Under the pieces are notes generated by a model. That model searched no databases. It saw only the letters and a program-made list of their open reading frames with translations, and was not told where the DNA came from. Made by a program: the position numbers and the translations under genes. This document shows positions 49,132 through 58,821 of a stretch of DNA of 64,000 nucleotides, piece after piece. This DNA comes from an uncultured virus (IMG/VR IMGVR_UViG_3300031227_000031). Taxonomy: Duplodnaviria > Heunggongvirae > Uroviricota > Caudoviricetes. Position 1 is the first letter of the stretch, and every line of letters begins with the position of its first letter. The stretch is taken from IMG/VR virus record IMGVR_UViG_3300031227_000031. One strand, written 5' to 3'.

Positions 49132-49168
49132 GCATTTAATCAAGAATGAGTTAATGGAAAATAAGTAA
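49118..49168 (+). pseudogene. 3' remnant of a 49690-50055 paralogue
   Basis: GLMLEHLIKNELM versus GLMLEHLIKNKLM. Confidence 0.75.
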
Positions 49169-49509
49169 TGGGTTGGTCAATCGGATATGATTCAAATTGG
49201 CAAAGAGACATAGGATATGGAGTCCCTGCAGTCTGTGACCATCCTAGATGTAATAAAAAGATAGATAGGGGGATGGCTTATGTTTGCGGAGGGGGGCCTT
49301 ATGGCGAACCTGACGGGTGCGGTCTTTATTTTTGTTCAAAACATTTATTGTTCGGAAGAAGGCATACGCAATTATGCCCGAGATGTTTTAACTACAAATT
49401 ACCATATAAACATCCAAAACCAGACACTAAAGAATGGATTGATTTTAAAATGACAGACGCAAGTTGGGAAAAATGGAGAATCAAGAACTATGCGGAGGGA
49501 GAGAAATGA
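49168..49509 (+). CDS. Cys-rich conserved-type phage protein
   Basis: RDIGYGVPAVCDHPRC...GCGLYFC. Confidence 0.8.
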   Translation: MGWSIGYDSNWQRDIGYGVPAVCDHPRCNKKIDRGMAYVCGGGPYGEPDGCGLYFCSKHLLFGRRHTQLCPRCFNYKLPYKHPKPDTKEWIDFKMTDASWEKWRIKNYAEGEK

Positions 49510-49689
49510 TTAAAATAACAAGAGATAACATGGCTTATGTTTATGCGGGGGCTATGTCATGCGAAGTATATCCTATTAAAGAATTAAATGCCAAAATTAT
49601 GAGAAGGTGGAGTTTTTCAGGTCTTGTTTATATCAAAGAAAAGGCGCATAAGGTTTTATCTCAACTTCATAAAAAATTGGAGAGCAACT

Positions 49690-50055
49690 ATGAATCCTAA
49701 CCTAACCACCAGCAGAGAGTTGAGCCTGAGGTTGAAGGAAGCGGGGGTTAAGCAAGAGAGTGAATATGTTTGGGCGAAAGACGGCACTCTATTTAGTGAT
49801 GGCAACGTAGGGCTAAGACTTAACCATAATGATGGGACGGAAGAATGTTGTGCCTACCTCTCCGGGGAGCTGGGTGAGTTGTTGCCCGAAAGATATTTAA
49901 GTGGCAAGATTGAACAGAGATATAATTGTTGGGCTTTTGACGAAAACTGGCAGATTATTAACTATAATAAATATCAAGCCGATACTCTCGTCGAGGCTAT
50001 GGGTCTAATGCTTGAGCATCTAATCAAGAACAAGTTAATGGGGGTGAGGGGATGA
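49690..50055 (+). CDS. Hypothetical phage protein (SRELSxRLKEAG type)
   Basis: ORF; remnants of a paralogue flank the MT-A70 gene. Confidence 0.75.
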   Translation: MNPNLTTSRELSLRLKEAGVKQESEYVWAKDGTLFSDGNVGLRLNHNDGTEECCAYLSGELGELLPERYLSGKIEQRYNCWAFDENWQIINYNKYQADTLVEAMGLMLEHLIKNKLMGVRG

Positions 50056-50258
50056 GTAAATTTCACAAAGAATTAGAGCAGTTAATCAACAAGCATTGTA
50101 TTGAAAATGAATCAAACACGCCAGATTTTATCCTTGCCAATTATCTTATGAATTGTCTTATGGCTTATAACACAGCAGTTAATCAGAGAACTAAATGGTA
50201 TGGATATAAAGATTGGGATAATAACAACATTTTGGGGGTGAGCCATGGGAAGGGATAA
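50052..50258 (+). CDS. Conserved-type phage protein (ENESNTPDFILA)
   Basis: Motif and ATGA overlap. Confidence 0.75.
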   Translation: MSKFHKELEQLINKHCIENESNTPDFILANYLMNCLMAYNTAVNQRTKWYGYKDWDNNNILGVSHGKG

Positions 50259-50502
50259 AATGAAAAGTGTTGAAGAATTTGCGAGGGAGTTATATCAAGT
50301 TTATTATGGCGGGAATCCGGGCACAAATTGGGAAGATAGGGACTCTGATTTCATAATGTTTTGGATGAGATTAGCCACCCATGTCCGTAACCTCATCATA
50401 GATGGGAAGATCGAGGAGTATAAGAGAATAAAAGAAAACAAATTTCTAGTTTTTGTAATAGATGAACGTATAGCCGAATTCAAGGCCGAGAGGGAGAAAT
50501 GA
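50245..50502 (+). CDS. Hypothetical protein spanning the repeat/junction
   Basis: 3' part equals window 2-151 except for the last codons (AEREK* versus AEKDA*). Confidence 0.7.
   Translation: MGRDKMKSVEEFARELYQVYYGGNPGTNWEDRDSDFIMFWMRLATHVRNLIIDGKIEEYKRIKENKFLVFVIDERIAEFKAEREK
50352..50491 (+). repeat. Direct repeat copy 2
   Basis: Matches 1-140. Confidence 0.97.
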
Positions 50503-51176
50503 AAGAATTTTTGAATAAAATTATATATGGCGATTGCCTCGACGTGTTGAAAACAATCCCTGACGAAAGCATTGACTTGATCTTAACGGATCCGCCATAC
50601 CCAATTGATACAAACAATGGTACGAATCGGTTTTCGCAAGATGGTTGGATTGCCGGGAGTCAGGATTCTTTCGACGATAAATGGTATAACAATTTTCATA
50701 AAGTTGTATATGAGTTAGTGCGCGTGCTTAAAACCGGCCAGCATTTTTATTGTTTCGTTGACGAGAAGAACCTTTTTCTCTTGAAACCGTTGCTTGACAA
50801 ATACGCAATTTTTAAAAAAGTGATTGTCTGGGATAAAATTAATTTCGGCTTAGGCTACCATTACCGCAACGTCGTTGAGTACTGCCTACTTTATTCTAAA
50901 GGCAAATCGACGCGGCAGATTAACGATCAACCAAACCTCTACCGCGGACACAAGGGGAAAGAAACGTCGCATCCAACAGCCAAATCGTTTGGCATGGCTA
51001 AATGGCTGATCAGAAATTCTACCGAACCCGGGGAGATTGTGCTTGACAGCTATTGCGGGTCCGGGACCTTTCCAATTGCGGCTAAGGCTGAAGGCCGGAA
51101 ATATATAGGGATAGATAAAGAAAAAAAATGGTGTAACGTTACTGAGGCTAAACTTAAACAACAATGGATCTTTTAG
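50499..51176 (+). CDS. DNA methyltransferase (N6/N4, beta class)
   Basis: LILTDPPY, HPTAK and VLDSYCGSGT. Confidence 0.92.
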   Translation: MKEFLNKIIYGDCLDVLKTIPDESIDLILTDPPYPIDTNNGTNRFSQDGWIAGSQDSFDDKWYNNFHKVVYELVRVLKTGQHFYCFVDEKNLFLLKPLLDKYAIFKKVIVWDKINFGLGYHYRNVVEYCLLYSKGKSTRQINDQPNLYRGHKGKETSHPTAKSFGMAKWLIRNSTEPGEIVLDSYCGSGTFPIAAKAEGRKYIGIDKEKKWCNVTEAKLKQQWIF

Positions 51177-51421
51177 AAAGGCGTGCTTATGAATAAAGAT
51201 TTTATTTCAATAGAAAAGCTTCTTGATGAAAAGCTCGAGCACGATGAAAAAAAACGGTTAAGGAAAGTCTTAAGTTATATAACTGAAGTTGTCCGGGGGA
51301 AAAAAATATTCATGATCAAAGGTGTCTATTATATCCCAGAAGAAATTGATCAACGAATATTTCCTGAAAATATCAATTATATACTTGACGAAATTATAAT
51401 CAAAATCCGGGAGTTCTCGAC

Positions 51422-51790
51422 ATGAACATGATTAAAGTCTACATCGCAAGTCCGTATACTAAAGGCGATGTTGCAGTCAATGTAAGGCGTCAACTCGACG
51501 CTGCTGACACGTTAATTGATTTGGGTTTTGCTCCATTTGTTCCTTTATATTATCATTTTCAACATATGTTTTCACCAAAAGGTTATGAGGTTTGGACAAA
51601 ACTTGACATGGAATGGTTAAAAGCCTGCCATGTGTTATTGCGTCTTCCCAGGGGAAGTAAGGGCGCGGATGATGAAGTTGAATTAGCGAAAGCACAGGGG
51701 ATCCCGGTCTTTTACTCCATAAACGACATTGTTATTTGGGATGAAACGAGGAGTTTTATCACCGCCAAACCTAACAAGGCGCGTGTTTAA
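51422..51790 (+). CDS. DUF4406/DUF1937-like (nucleoside deoxyribosyltransferase fold)
   Basis: VYIASPYT...RLPRGSKGADDE..LA. Confidence 0.75.
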   Translation: MNMIKVYIASPYTKGDVAVNVRRQLDAADTLIDLGFAPFVPLYYHFQHMFSPKGYEVWTKLDMEWLKACHVLLRLPRGSKGADDEVELAKAQGIPVFYSINDIVIWDETRSFITAKPNKARV

Positions 51791-51824
51791 CATACACAAC
51801 TACACAACCAAAAAGGAGGTTCTT

Positions 51825-52025
51825 ATGTTACGGAACAAACGCGGACAAGCAGTTATTATTATGGGTTATGTTGTTGCGGGCCTTATCACGCTTATGTCGG
51901 CCCGGGCGATCCATGAAACGTCAAAGAATGGCATCCATCAACGTAATATGTGTATGGTGAAATGTCAGTTTTTTGGCAACAAGCAAGATGTTTGTTTGGA
52001 TCGTTGCGACAATAACGTCGAATAA
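51825..52025 (+). CDS. Small pilin-like protein with class III-type signal
   Basis: MLRNKRG/QAVIIMGYVVAGLITLM; SD aaggagg; four Cys. Confidence 0.5.
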   Translation: MLRNKRGQAVIIMGYVVAGLITLMSARAIHETSKNGIHQRNMCMVKCQFFGNKQDVCLDRCDNNVE

Positions 52026-52055
52026 GACAAATCCAGGAGCACTGTGTTGGCAGAG

Positions 52056-52091
52056 AAAACCCCCGTACGATAATCGCGCGGGGGTTTTTTT
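52056..52091. terminator. Bidirectional intrinsic terminator
   Basis: AAAACCCCCG...CGGGGGTTTTTTT between converging genes. Confidence 0.8.
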
Positions 52092-52314
52092 ATTTTGTGA
52101 TCTTTGCGGTAGCCGATCCACGACCGTATACACCCAGCGCCGCTAGGATGCCGAAAATAAATTCCGGGATCGCAGGCAAGGTTATGCATAGGGCGCCTTC
52201 GACACCGCAGTTCGCACCCAAAGAAATTACTAGAGCATTGTAAATAGCAATAATAACTCCGGCAGCACCAGCCCAGATTGCTTTACTTTGATACCATTTT
52301 TTATTAGCATCCAT
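52090..52314 (-). CDS. Holin-like protein (2 TM)
   Basis: KKWYQSKAIW...LGVYGR. Confidence 0.7.
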   Translation of the reverse strand: MDANKKWYQSKAIWAGAAGVIIAIYNALVISLGANCGVEGALCITLPAIPEFIFGILAALGVYGRGSATAKITK

Positions 52315-52639
52315 TATTTTCCTCCTTTTGTTTTGGTTTTGGGCGTTCAGCCTTCCACTCAGGATCAATAACATGCATCATGCTTTTGATAATGTACTGA
52401 AGTTTCTTGTATTGTTTATAATTAATTCCAGAAAGATCTCGCATGCTGGCTTCGACCTTAGTTGCTAAAGGACAATCTTTATCTTCACATACACGTTCTT
52501 GCTCGTCGACAATTATTGAGGTTAATCGACTTATTGTTTTAAAAGTTTTATAATTAAAGGCGTGGACAGCTTTGATCTCTTGAATTAACTGGTTAAATTG
52601 ATCGTGTCCAAGCTCGTATTTGAATTCTTCTTTTTCCAT
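52304..52639 (-). CDS. Hypothetical protein
   Basis: ORF. Confidence 0.6.
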   Translation of the reverse strand: MEKEEFKYELGHDQFNQLIQEIKAVHAFNYKTFKTISRLTSIIVDEQERVCEDKDCPLATKVEASMRDLSGINYKQYKKLQYIIKSMMHVIDPEWKAERPKPKQKEENNGC

Positions 52640-52641
52640 TT

Positions 52642-53559
52642 TTAGTAACCTGACACTTCCTCTACGTCAATAGGATTTTCTGTTTTTACATATAAGTTTT
52701 GCACATAGCATTTTTCTTCTGTTCCCGGTTGGCCTCTTCCATAAATTTGAATAACATCGTCTTTTTCAACAGTTACGTTACTTTCAGTTGTGGTTTTCCA
52801 TGCTTGCCCTACAACTTCCTTTAAAGAGCCAACAGCAATGTCATTTATATAAAGCTTCGACTGAGCATTCCACGTTGGGTCTTTCGATGAATATTGCCAA
52901 GTGATTGTGACGCTGCCTCCTCTAACCAAAGGCGACAATTGTTTAAGTTTTACAAAATCTGGGTTTATATTATTTTGTGGCGAAATGCGTTCCGTCGTCG
53001 CTGAAATTACAGTATATGTCGTTCCGTTTTGATATTTAGAAATAGTCTCAAGATCATCCCATTTTGGATTAGCCCCCGCGCCTTGTGTTTTTAAATACTG
53101 CCCTGATGTACCTGGGACTAAAGCTGAAATAACGCCGGTTGCTGAAAAATAGAAAATGTTGCCTTGCAATGTCGCAGCAAAGCTTGCGCCTAAACCGCCC
53201 CTGGCCACGGCCAGTGTCCCCGTAGCGTTGCCTAACGCAAGGTAATAAGATCCTTCTTGACCATCAAGCTGATCAGCGCTTTTTCCGGTCAACGTACTGG
53301 GGATATTGGCTAAAGGCATGTTCCCGGCACCGGCTGGGGTCCCGGATAATGTTGTCAAAGCGGATCCTGCGACTTTACTAGCAGTCGTAATTTGCGCAAG
53401 TTTTGTATCGACGATCGCTGCTGTAGGTGAGACTTTTGCGTTTGTAACCAATAAATCTGAATCAGTGCCTAAAACTATCGCAGCCCAATTTGCGCGTAGA
53501 TATCCAGGTGTATTAATTAATAGGCTATCATCAGCCGGTAGTGTTGCGTTCCAAGCCAT
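52642..53559 (-). CDS. Tail fibre protein (phage B)
   Basis: ADQLDGQEGSYYL, GTLAVARGG and GTSGQYLKTQG. Confidence 0.8.
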   Translation of the reverse strand: MAWNATLPADDSLLINTPGYLRANWAAIVLGTDSDLLVTNAKVSPTAAIVDTKLAQITTASKVAGSALTTLSGTPAGAGNMPLANIPSTLTGKSADQLDGQEGSYYLALGNATGTLAVARGGLGASFAATLQGNIFYFSATGVISALVPGTSGQYLKTQGAGANPKWDDLETISKYQNGTTYTVISATTERISPQNNINPDFVKLKQLSPLVRGGSVTITWQYSSKDPTWNAQSKLYINDIAVGSLKEVVGQAWKTTTESNVTVEKDDVIQIYGRGQPGTEEKCYVQNLYVKTENPIDVEEVSGY

Positions 53560-53926
53560 TAGATATCACCTCTTTTTCTTTTTTTGCCGACGATTAGGTT
53601 TACCTACTCGTGGCCGAATTTTTGGTTTATCAGGTATCGTTGTTTGTTTTTGCGTCTGTTTTATTTTGCTCATATCAAACAATGTAACGCCATGATCTCG
53701 TAATTCTTGTTGCCAGCATTCAGTATGAAACGACATGCCTACGCAATGGTTCGCCGCATGTTCCGGGCTTTTAAATATCGGAGGTGTTTCCGCAAAATAT
53801 CTTTGAATAATTAAACATGGTTGCACGAAAACATAGCAAAGATCTTTGATCACCGGGCCGTCTTTATGTAAACAATTTTTACGATGGCAAATAGGAAGAT
53901 TTATTTGCACTCCTTGCTGGACATTA

Positions 53927-54181
53927 TCAGATTGTTCTTGCTTTTGCTTTAACATCTTTAACCTCCATTTGTTCTGCGGCACATGCGTGCCGTACCGAAT
54001 CATTGATTAATTCAATGATATATTTTGTATCAACGATTGTTTTTACTCCGACGCTATAAAGCTTTGTATCTATTTTGCCAGTATCATATTTGATTTGGTA
54101 TTGCACAACTCCGGAAACAAAATTTCCGTCATCATCAAATTTATAAATTAATGTACGAGGTAAAATAGTTTGTTTCTGCAT
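53927..54181 (-). CDS. Small tail-associated protein
   Basis: ORF with SD. Confidence 0.55.
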   Translation of the reverse strand: MQKQTILPRTLIYKFDDDGNFVSGVVQYQIKYDTGKIDTKLYSVGVKTIVDTKYIIELINDSVRHACAAEQMEVKDVKAKARTI

Positions 54182-54190
54182 AACAACTCC

Positions 54191-57100
54191 TTATTTTCCA
54201 TGGGCGTGCCAGCCGAATGTACCCGTTGCTAGCGTTCCATCAAGCTCATAAAGTTTCACCGTAAACCCTGTAGTAGACGGAATAACGCTAAATTTATGTG
54301 CATATCCAACACCGCTTGTAATGGTTATATTCACAGCCGGCGCCTCATGGAAAGTTTTCGTGAACGTTATTTCGTCACCATCAGCCGCAACAGTGACTTC
54401 CCCTGTTCCCTTATCATCAACATCTGGGATATCTGCCTGAACTGTTAATTGGCTGACTAAAATATTTGAGCCGAGATTTTCTCTGGTGACAGTCATGCGG
54501 ACCTGATAATACCGACAAATATGGTCGGCTAAAATCCAATCTTCCCAATCAGTCCACGTCACATTATCTTCTGAAGTCCGGACCTCAAAGGTTAAAGCTG
54601 ATGGTGCCTCGTATCCAGTAAATCTAAGCGTTTTTGAATCGTCAAATGCAGCCGAAGCATCATCATCCCAAGCTAAAGATGAAGTCGTTGTGGCAACTCT
54701 TAAAATAGCAAGGCGCGCGGTACAAACATACCCGATGTCGTATTGCGGGGTCGTATATGTTCCCGTTAATTTCCCCGCGGAAAGAGTGAGGTTGTCTCCG
54801 CTTTTTTCTGTGTCCGATTTCGTGCCTCCCCAAGCAGTGTGTTCGTCATTGTCATCAACGATGTTTTGAAACGGAATATTATCAACGGTAAGTGTCGCCT
54901 CAGTCGCGTTCTCGGAATAATTTCCGCTGTTGTCAATGGCTTTTATCCAATACGCCTGATCAGAACCGGTCCGGATATCGTTCAAATCCGCTTGTGCCCC
55001 GGCTAAATCAGCGCCGACAACATCGCCGGAGATCCATGATGCGCCTTTACGAATTTCATAACGCCGGACATCGACGTCTGCCACCGGGGTCCAGACACAA
55101 GATAATTTGTCCCGATACTGTTTTACGAGAAACGCTAAAACATCTGAGGGCAAAGAATCCTTGCCAATAAGAACCAACGCATCAGATGCCGTTCCGGTAG
55201 AAAGGATCCCCTCTTTATTCAAAGTCTTCACTTTAATTGTGTATGAACTTTCGATTTCAAGATTATGAGTTATGACAAAAGACGTTTTTGTTCGATGAAC
55301 GCTTGTTAAAAATGTATAATCGCCTCCGTCTTTACTGATCTCAAGCTGGTACCAAGCAAGCTGATCAATGCTGTTTTCTAGAGCCGCCCAGAATACTGTC
55401 ACGCTTGAAATATGTACGCCGTCATTATTCCGCCATCCGTCTTCAGAAAGCGTCACGGAATCGACATTATCGAGCGATGTGAAAGGATTATACGGGGATC
55501 CATAGTCCCAGCCATCGATCGATGCCCCGGGCGTATCATCAAGAATGCTGGAATTATACGCTTTGCAATTTATTTTAATTTTGCCTTCATCTGCCTCTTC
55601 AAACGACATCACACGGAACATGGCTTCTGTCCAGCCGGGATGCGAGTGCGTGACCGTAACGATATCCCCAGGCTCAACACAGATTGCATCAATAAATGCT
55701 TCAAAACTGCAAGAAATAGGGTTGATTTTGGTTTCGTATAATACCTGTTTGGCCCGGCGTAAGGCCTGTGATTGGCGGATTATCCCGTACATTTCAATGA
55801 CGTCTTCAATAATATCGCGGGTATCTTGATCGAGTTCGTCTTCAGCCCAAGCAACCCGATCTGGATTGTACCGCTCCAATGGTTCAATCCATTTTATACC
55901 GATTTTATTCGGGCTTTCTTCACTGGCGCCGTAGCTCCAAGAAAAAGAGTTTTCAAGAATATTGTCTTCATCAAAAGCAAAAGCCGCTGTTTCATCAGCT
56001 TTTTCCAACACGATCTTGTATCCACTCCCGCTGGGAAAAATATAGCCGTTGCAAGTGCTCAATATTTCTACGATATTTTCAGCAACAGACCGTTCTTCAT
56101 CAAAAATATAGTCAAATCGGTACCGTGCCTCAGTGCCATCGGCTCCGTCATCGACCAACCCTTCACAATAATCATATGTAGATCCAAACGAGGATGCATC
56201 AAGATCGTCTTCACTTAGCCCGGCACCGCCACGTTTACGGCTGAGTATCAAATAATCACGTAGGATAGCGATAGGGTTGCGTGAAAAGGTCGAACCCAAC
56301 CATGTACTCCCAGAATACGTTTTTATTTTCCTGCCGCTGAGTTTCGCCCCGGCTGTAACATTTCCGCTTAAACCATCGTTTGCGACAATGGTTAATGCGG
56401 AGTATGTTAAATTTTTCATACCATGAACAATGCTAGCTGCGCGGCTATCAACAACTTGCGTGGCGGTACCTAGGTAATTGTCGTATGAGCAATCAGTGTG
56501 AACAGAATCGATTGTTTCTTCATTAAGTTCAACATCTTCAATCGCTTGGCATTCGCCTTCACCATAAACGAGGAACCGTTTAACTGTTGGGCCCGGATCC
56601 GATTGCCAAATGATGTTGCCGCCAATAAGTAAGGGACCACCATAAATTAAAGGAACAATACCATCGTTTGAATAAGTGTTTGTAATCTCTTTATAACGGG
56701 AAGATGTAGTTGCACTTTTTTTTCTTAATTTCCGCGCTTGTTGAGCCGAAACAACTGCGGAATATACGCTATAAGATACTGCCGCAAAACCTAAGACCAT
56801 AGCCAAGTTGATACCAAAAGACGCAAATCCTAAATCAACGACGGCAAAAAATGTTGTAAAAATGTCTTCAGCCGTTCCTGGAAGAATAATTTCTTTTTTT
56901 CCTTTTGTGTGAACACCACCGACAAACGCATGCTTCCAATCAAAATTAAGTTTAACAATCCTGCTTTTTCCAAACCGTGAATTGATCTCAAGGAACTGAT
57001 CGTATCCTAAAAATATGCCAGCGTGCACATGCCGGCCATCAAAGAAAACAGCGACGTCATCTGGCTCAAGCTCTTCGTATGGGAATTTTAAGAAATATTT

Positions 57101-57292
57101 TTTTGCTGCTTCAAGATTATTTTTATTCTCTTCTATATCGTCAGGGATTATGCATTTTATGCCTTTTATTTTTTCAAGATATAAAGCGCATAAACCAACA
57201 CAGTCGCACCCATCAACAGCTCGGCCTTTTTGTTGATACTTTATTCCAACGAGGCGGTTTATTGGTTTAGTGTTTTGTTCAACAAGAATCAT
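54191..57292 (-). CDS. NlpC/P60-fused tail tip/host-specificity protein (gpK-like plus gpJ-like, FN3)
   Basis: GR..DGCDCVGL...HAGIF; VPLIYG...GNIIW; RNPIAILRDYL; EPGDIVTVTH. Confidence 0.88.
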   Translation of the reverse strand: MILVEQNTKPINRLVGIKYQQKGRAVDGCDCVGLCALYLEKIKGIKCIIPDDIEENKNNLEAAKKYFLKFPYEELEPDDVAVFFDGRHVHAGIFLGYDQFLEINSRFGKSRIVKLNFDWKHAFVGGVHTKGKKEIILPGTAEDIFTTFFAVVDLGFASFGINLAMVLGFAAVSYSVYSAVVSAQQARKLRKKSATTSSRYKEITNTYSNDGIVPLIYGGPLLIGGNIIWQSDPGPTVKRFLVYGEGECQAIEDVELNEETIDSVHTDCSYDNYLGTATQVVDSRAASIVHGMKNLTYSALTIVANDGLSGNVTAGAKLSGRKIKTYSGSTWLGSTFSRNPIAILRDYLILSRKRGGAGLSEDDLDASSFGSTYDYCEGLVDDGADGTEARYRFDYIFDEERSVAENIVEILSTCNGYIFPSGSGYKIVLEKADETAAFAFDEDNILENSFSWSYGASEESPNKIGIKWIEPLERYNPDRVAWAEDELDQDTRDIIEDVIEMYGIIRQSQALRRAKQVLYETKINPISCSFEAFIDAICVEPGDIVTVTHSHPGWTEAMFRVMSFEEADEGKIKINCKAYNSSILDDTPGASIDGWDYGSPYNPFTSLDNVDSVTLSEDGWRNNDGVHISSVTVFWAALENSIDQLAWYQLEISKDGGDYTFLTSVHRTKTSFVITHNLEIESSYTIKVKTLNKEGILSTGTASDALVLIGKDSLPSDVLAFLVKQYRDKLSCVWTPVADVDVRRYEIRKGASWISGDVVGADLAGAQADLNDIRTGSDQAYWIKAIDNSGNYSENATEATLTVDNIPFQNIVDDNDEHTAWGGTKSDTEKSGDNLTLSAGKLTGTYTTPQYDIGYVCTARLAILRVATTTSSLAWDDDASAAFDDSKTLRFTGYEAPSALTFEVRTSEDNVTWTDWEDWILADHICRYYQVRMTVTRENLGSNILVSQLTVQADIPDVDDKGTGEVTVAADGDEITFTKTFHEAPAVNITITSGVGYAHKFSVIPSTTGFTVKLYELDGTLATGTFGWHAHGK

Positions 57293-58170
57293 CAGTAATC
57301 ACTCCTAAGCGGGATTGTATGGAACCCGCCGAAATTGCCTTCGTTATTATATGTGTTCTCGCAGGTATTCAAAGTCTTATCGCATCCGCGATAAACAACA
57401 TACTTTACACCGGCCACAACCGTTGAAGGCAACGCATAATAAAAATACAGAGTCCTTGTTGCTTGATCAAAATCTTTAATCAACCGTTTCTGACCACCGA
57501 GGGCGCCACCACCTAGGATCCCAATGTACCCGTGATTCCAGTGATCGTCAGCCTGGGTAAGCACGTTAGTATCAATTAATGTGGTCGTACTTCCTCCAGT
57601 CGCGGTCCCTGTGACTTTATTGACGCTTGAATTGCGGTTGACTTGACATAGGGATCTACCAAACTGCCAGGGGCATTGAATGCGGTATTTCCGGCCGGTT
57701 TTATAATTCAACGTACCGAATTTTGAAACCAAAGAAGCTGTCATTGTTTTTTTACTAGAATCGAACGCAATTTGATTAATTTTCCCATCCCATACGATTT
57801 TAACATTATCGGCATTGTCAAGTTTATCCCGGAATCCTAATCGAACAATGACACGTTTACCGCGAAAATCTTTATCTGCGGCCCAAGCTGCCATAGCGTC
57901 ATTAACATTACAAACGCTTAACTCCATCGTCGGGACTTTCATAGATGTTTCCCTGCCAGATGGCCCGCGTGTTATACCAAGGGCCATATATGTCGTAGGG
58001 ATACTTTCTGGATAGTTGAAGAAATCAATATTCTTGTAAAAACTTACAAAATGGTGAGTGTCGCCATCGGTCTCGGTTTGTGAGCCGAGAAAAAAATCGT
58101 AGAAATTAATGATGCGGGTTTCGAGTTTATTTTTTGCTCGATCAAAAGCGTCTGTTGATGTATAAGCCAT
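57292..58170 (-). CDS. Tail hub protein (DUF2163/BR0599, gpL-like)
   Basis: CPWQFG..LC, GCDKTLNTC and NFGGF. Confidence 0.88.
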   Translation of the reverse strand: MAYTSTDAFDRAKNKLETRIINFYDFFLGSQTETDGDTHHFVSFYKNIDFFNYPESIPTTYMALGITRGPSGRETSMKVPTMELSVCNVNDAMAAWAADKDFRGKRVIVRLGFRDKLDNADNVKIVWDGKINQIAFDSSKKTMTASLVSKFGTLNYKTGRKYRIQCPWQFGRSLCQVNRNSSVNKVTGTATGGSTTTLIDTNVLTQADDHWNHGYIGILGGGALGGQKRLIKDFDQATRTLYFYYALPSTVVAGVKYVVYRGCDKTLNTCENTYNNEGNFGGFHTIPLRSDY

Positions 58171-58821
58171 TTAAGCATTTCCTGCTCGTGGTTCATAAGA
58201 TGACCACCGGCATTCTTTTAACTCCACTCCGGCGTGAAGAAGTTGATAGGCGATTAATTTCCTGCTTAAATTAGCGTTAGCAAACCGCATAAGAAAATAA
58301 AATTCGTAGTCGATCGTCAGGATCCCGGAAGGTGCGGCAGTAAAAGTCGCATATGATTTTTCTGTGCCGAAATTATTCGATAATGTGCCTGAGACTTCAA
58401 CGCCGCCGACATAAAGCGTAAAATTTGTGCTGGTATCAACAGGGAACTCATCAAGCAAGTACGTTGTTTCAACTCCATCACCGTTGCCTAATGACTCGCT
58501 TGTGACCTGGAACTCATGGTTGACTTTGCAAAGGAACGATTCGTATTGGCCTTTATGTGAAACATAAAAATCCCAGATCGTATTCATTTCGGACTGAGTA
58601 TGATACTTTAGTTGTAATGAAAATGTGCGGAGACCCACGTCCCATCTAGCATCTCGGCGCTCGCGTCCACTTTCAGATTTTGTCATTATAGTTTTGAATT
58701 CAATAGATTCATCCATATCGAATTCAGGGCTTAGAGTAAGGATATCGTTCGACAAAGTTGTGGTTGTTGATGTAGTCGAGGTTGTTGAAGTGGTCGAGGT
58801 CGAGGTTGTAGAGGTGCTCAT
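58171..58821 (-). CDS. Distal tail protein (DUF2460-like) with Ser/Thr N-terminal tail
   Basis: SGRERRDARW, GNGDG and YEFYFLMRF. Confidence 0.82.
   Translation of the reverse strand: MSTSTTSTSTTSTTSTTSTTTTLSNDILTLSPEFDMDESIEFKTIMTKSESGRERRDARWDVGLRTFSLQLKYHTQSEMNTIWDFYVSHKGQYESFLCKVNHEFQVTSESLGNGDGVETTYLLDEFPVDTSTNFTLYVGGVEVSGTLSNNFGTEKSYATFTAAPSGILTIDYEFYFLMRFANANLSRKLIAYQLLHAGVELKECRWSSYEPRAGNA

Larger units (their letters stand above)
1..50351. mobile_element. Phage A: apparently complete podovirus-like genome (circular/terminally redundant)
   Basis: Bases 1-127 repeat exactly at 50352-50478; full head, short-tail and ejection gene set; no tape measure gene. Confidence 0.8.
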
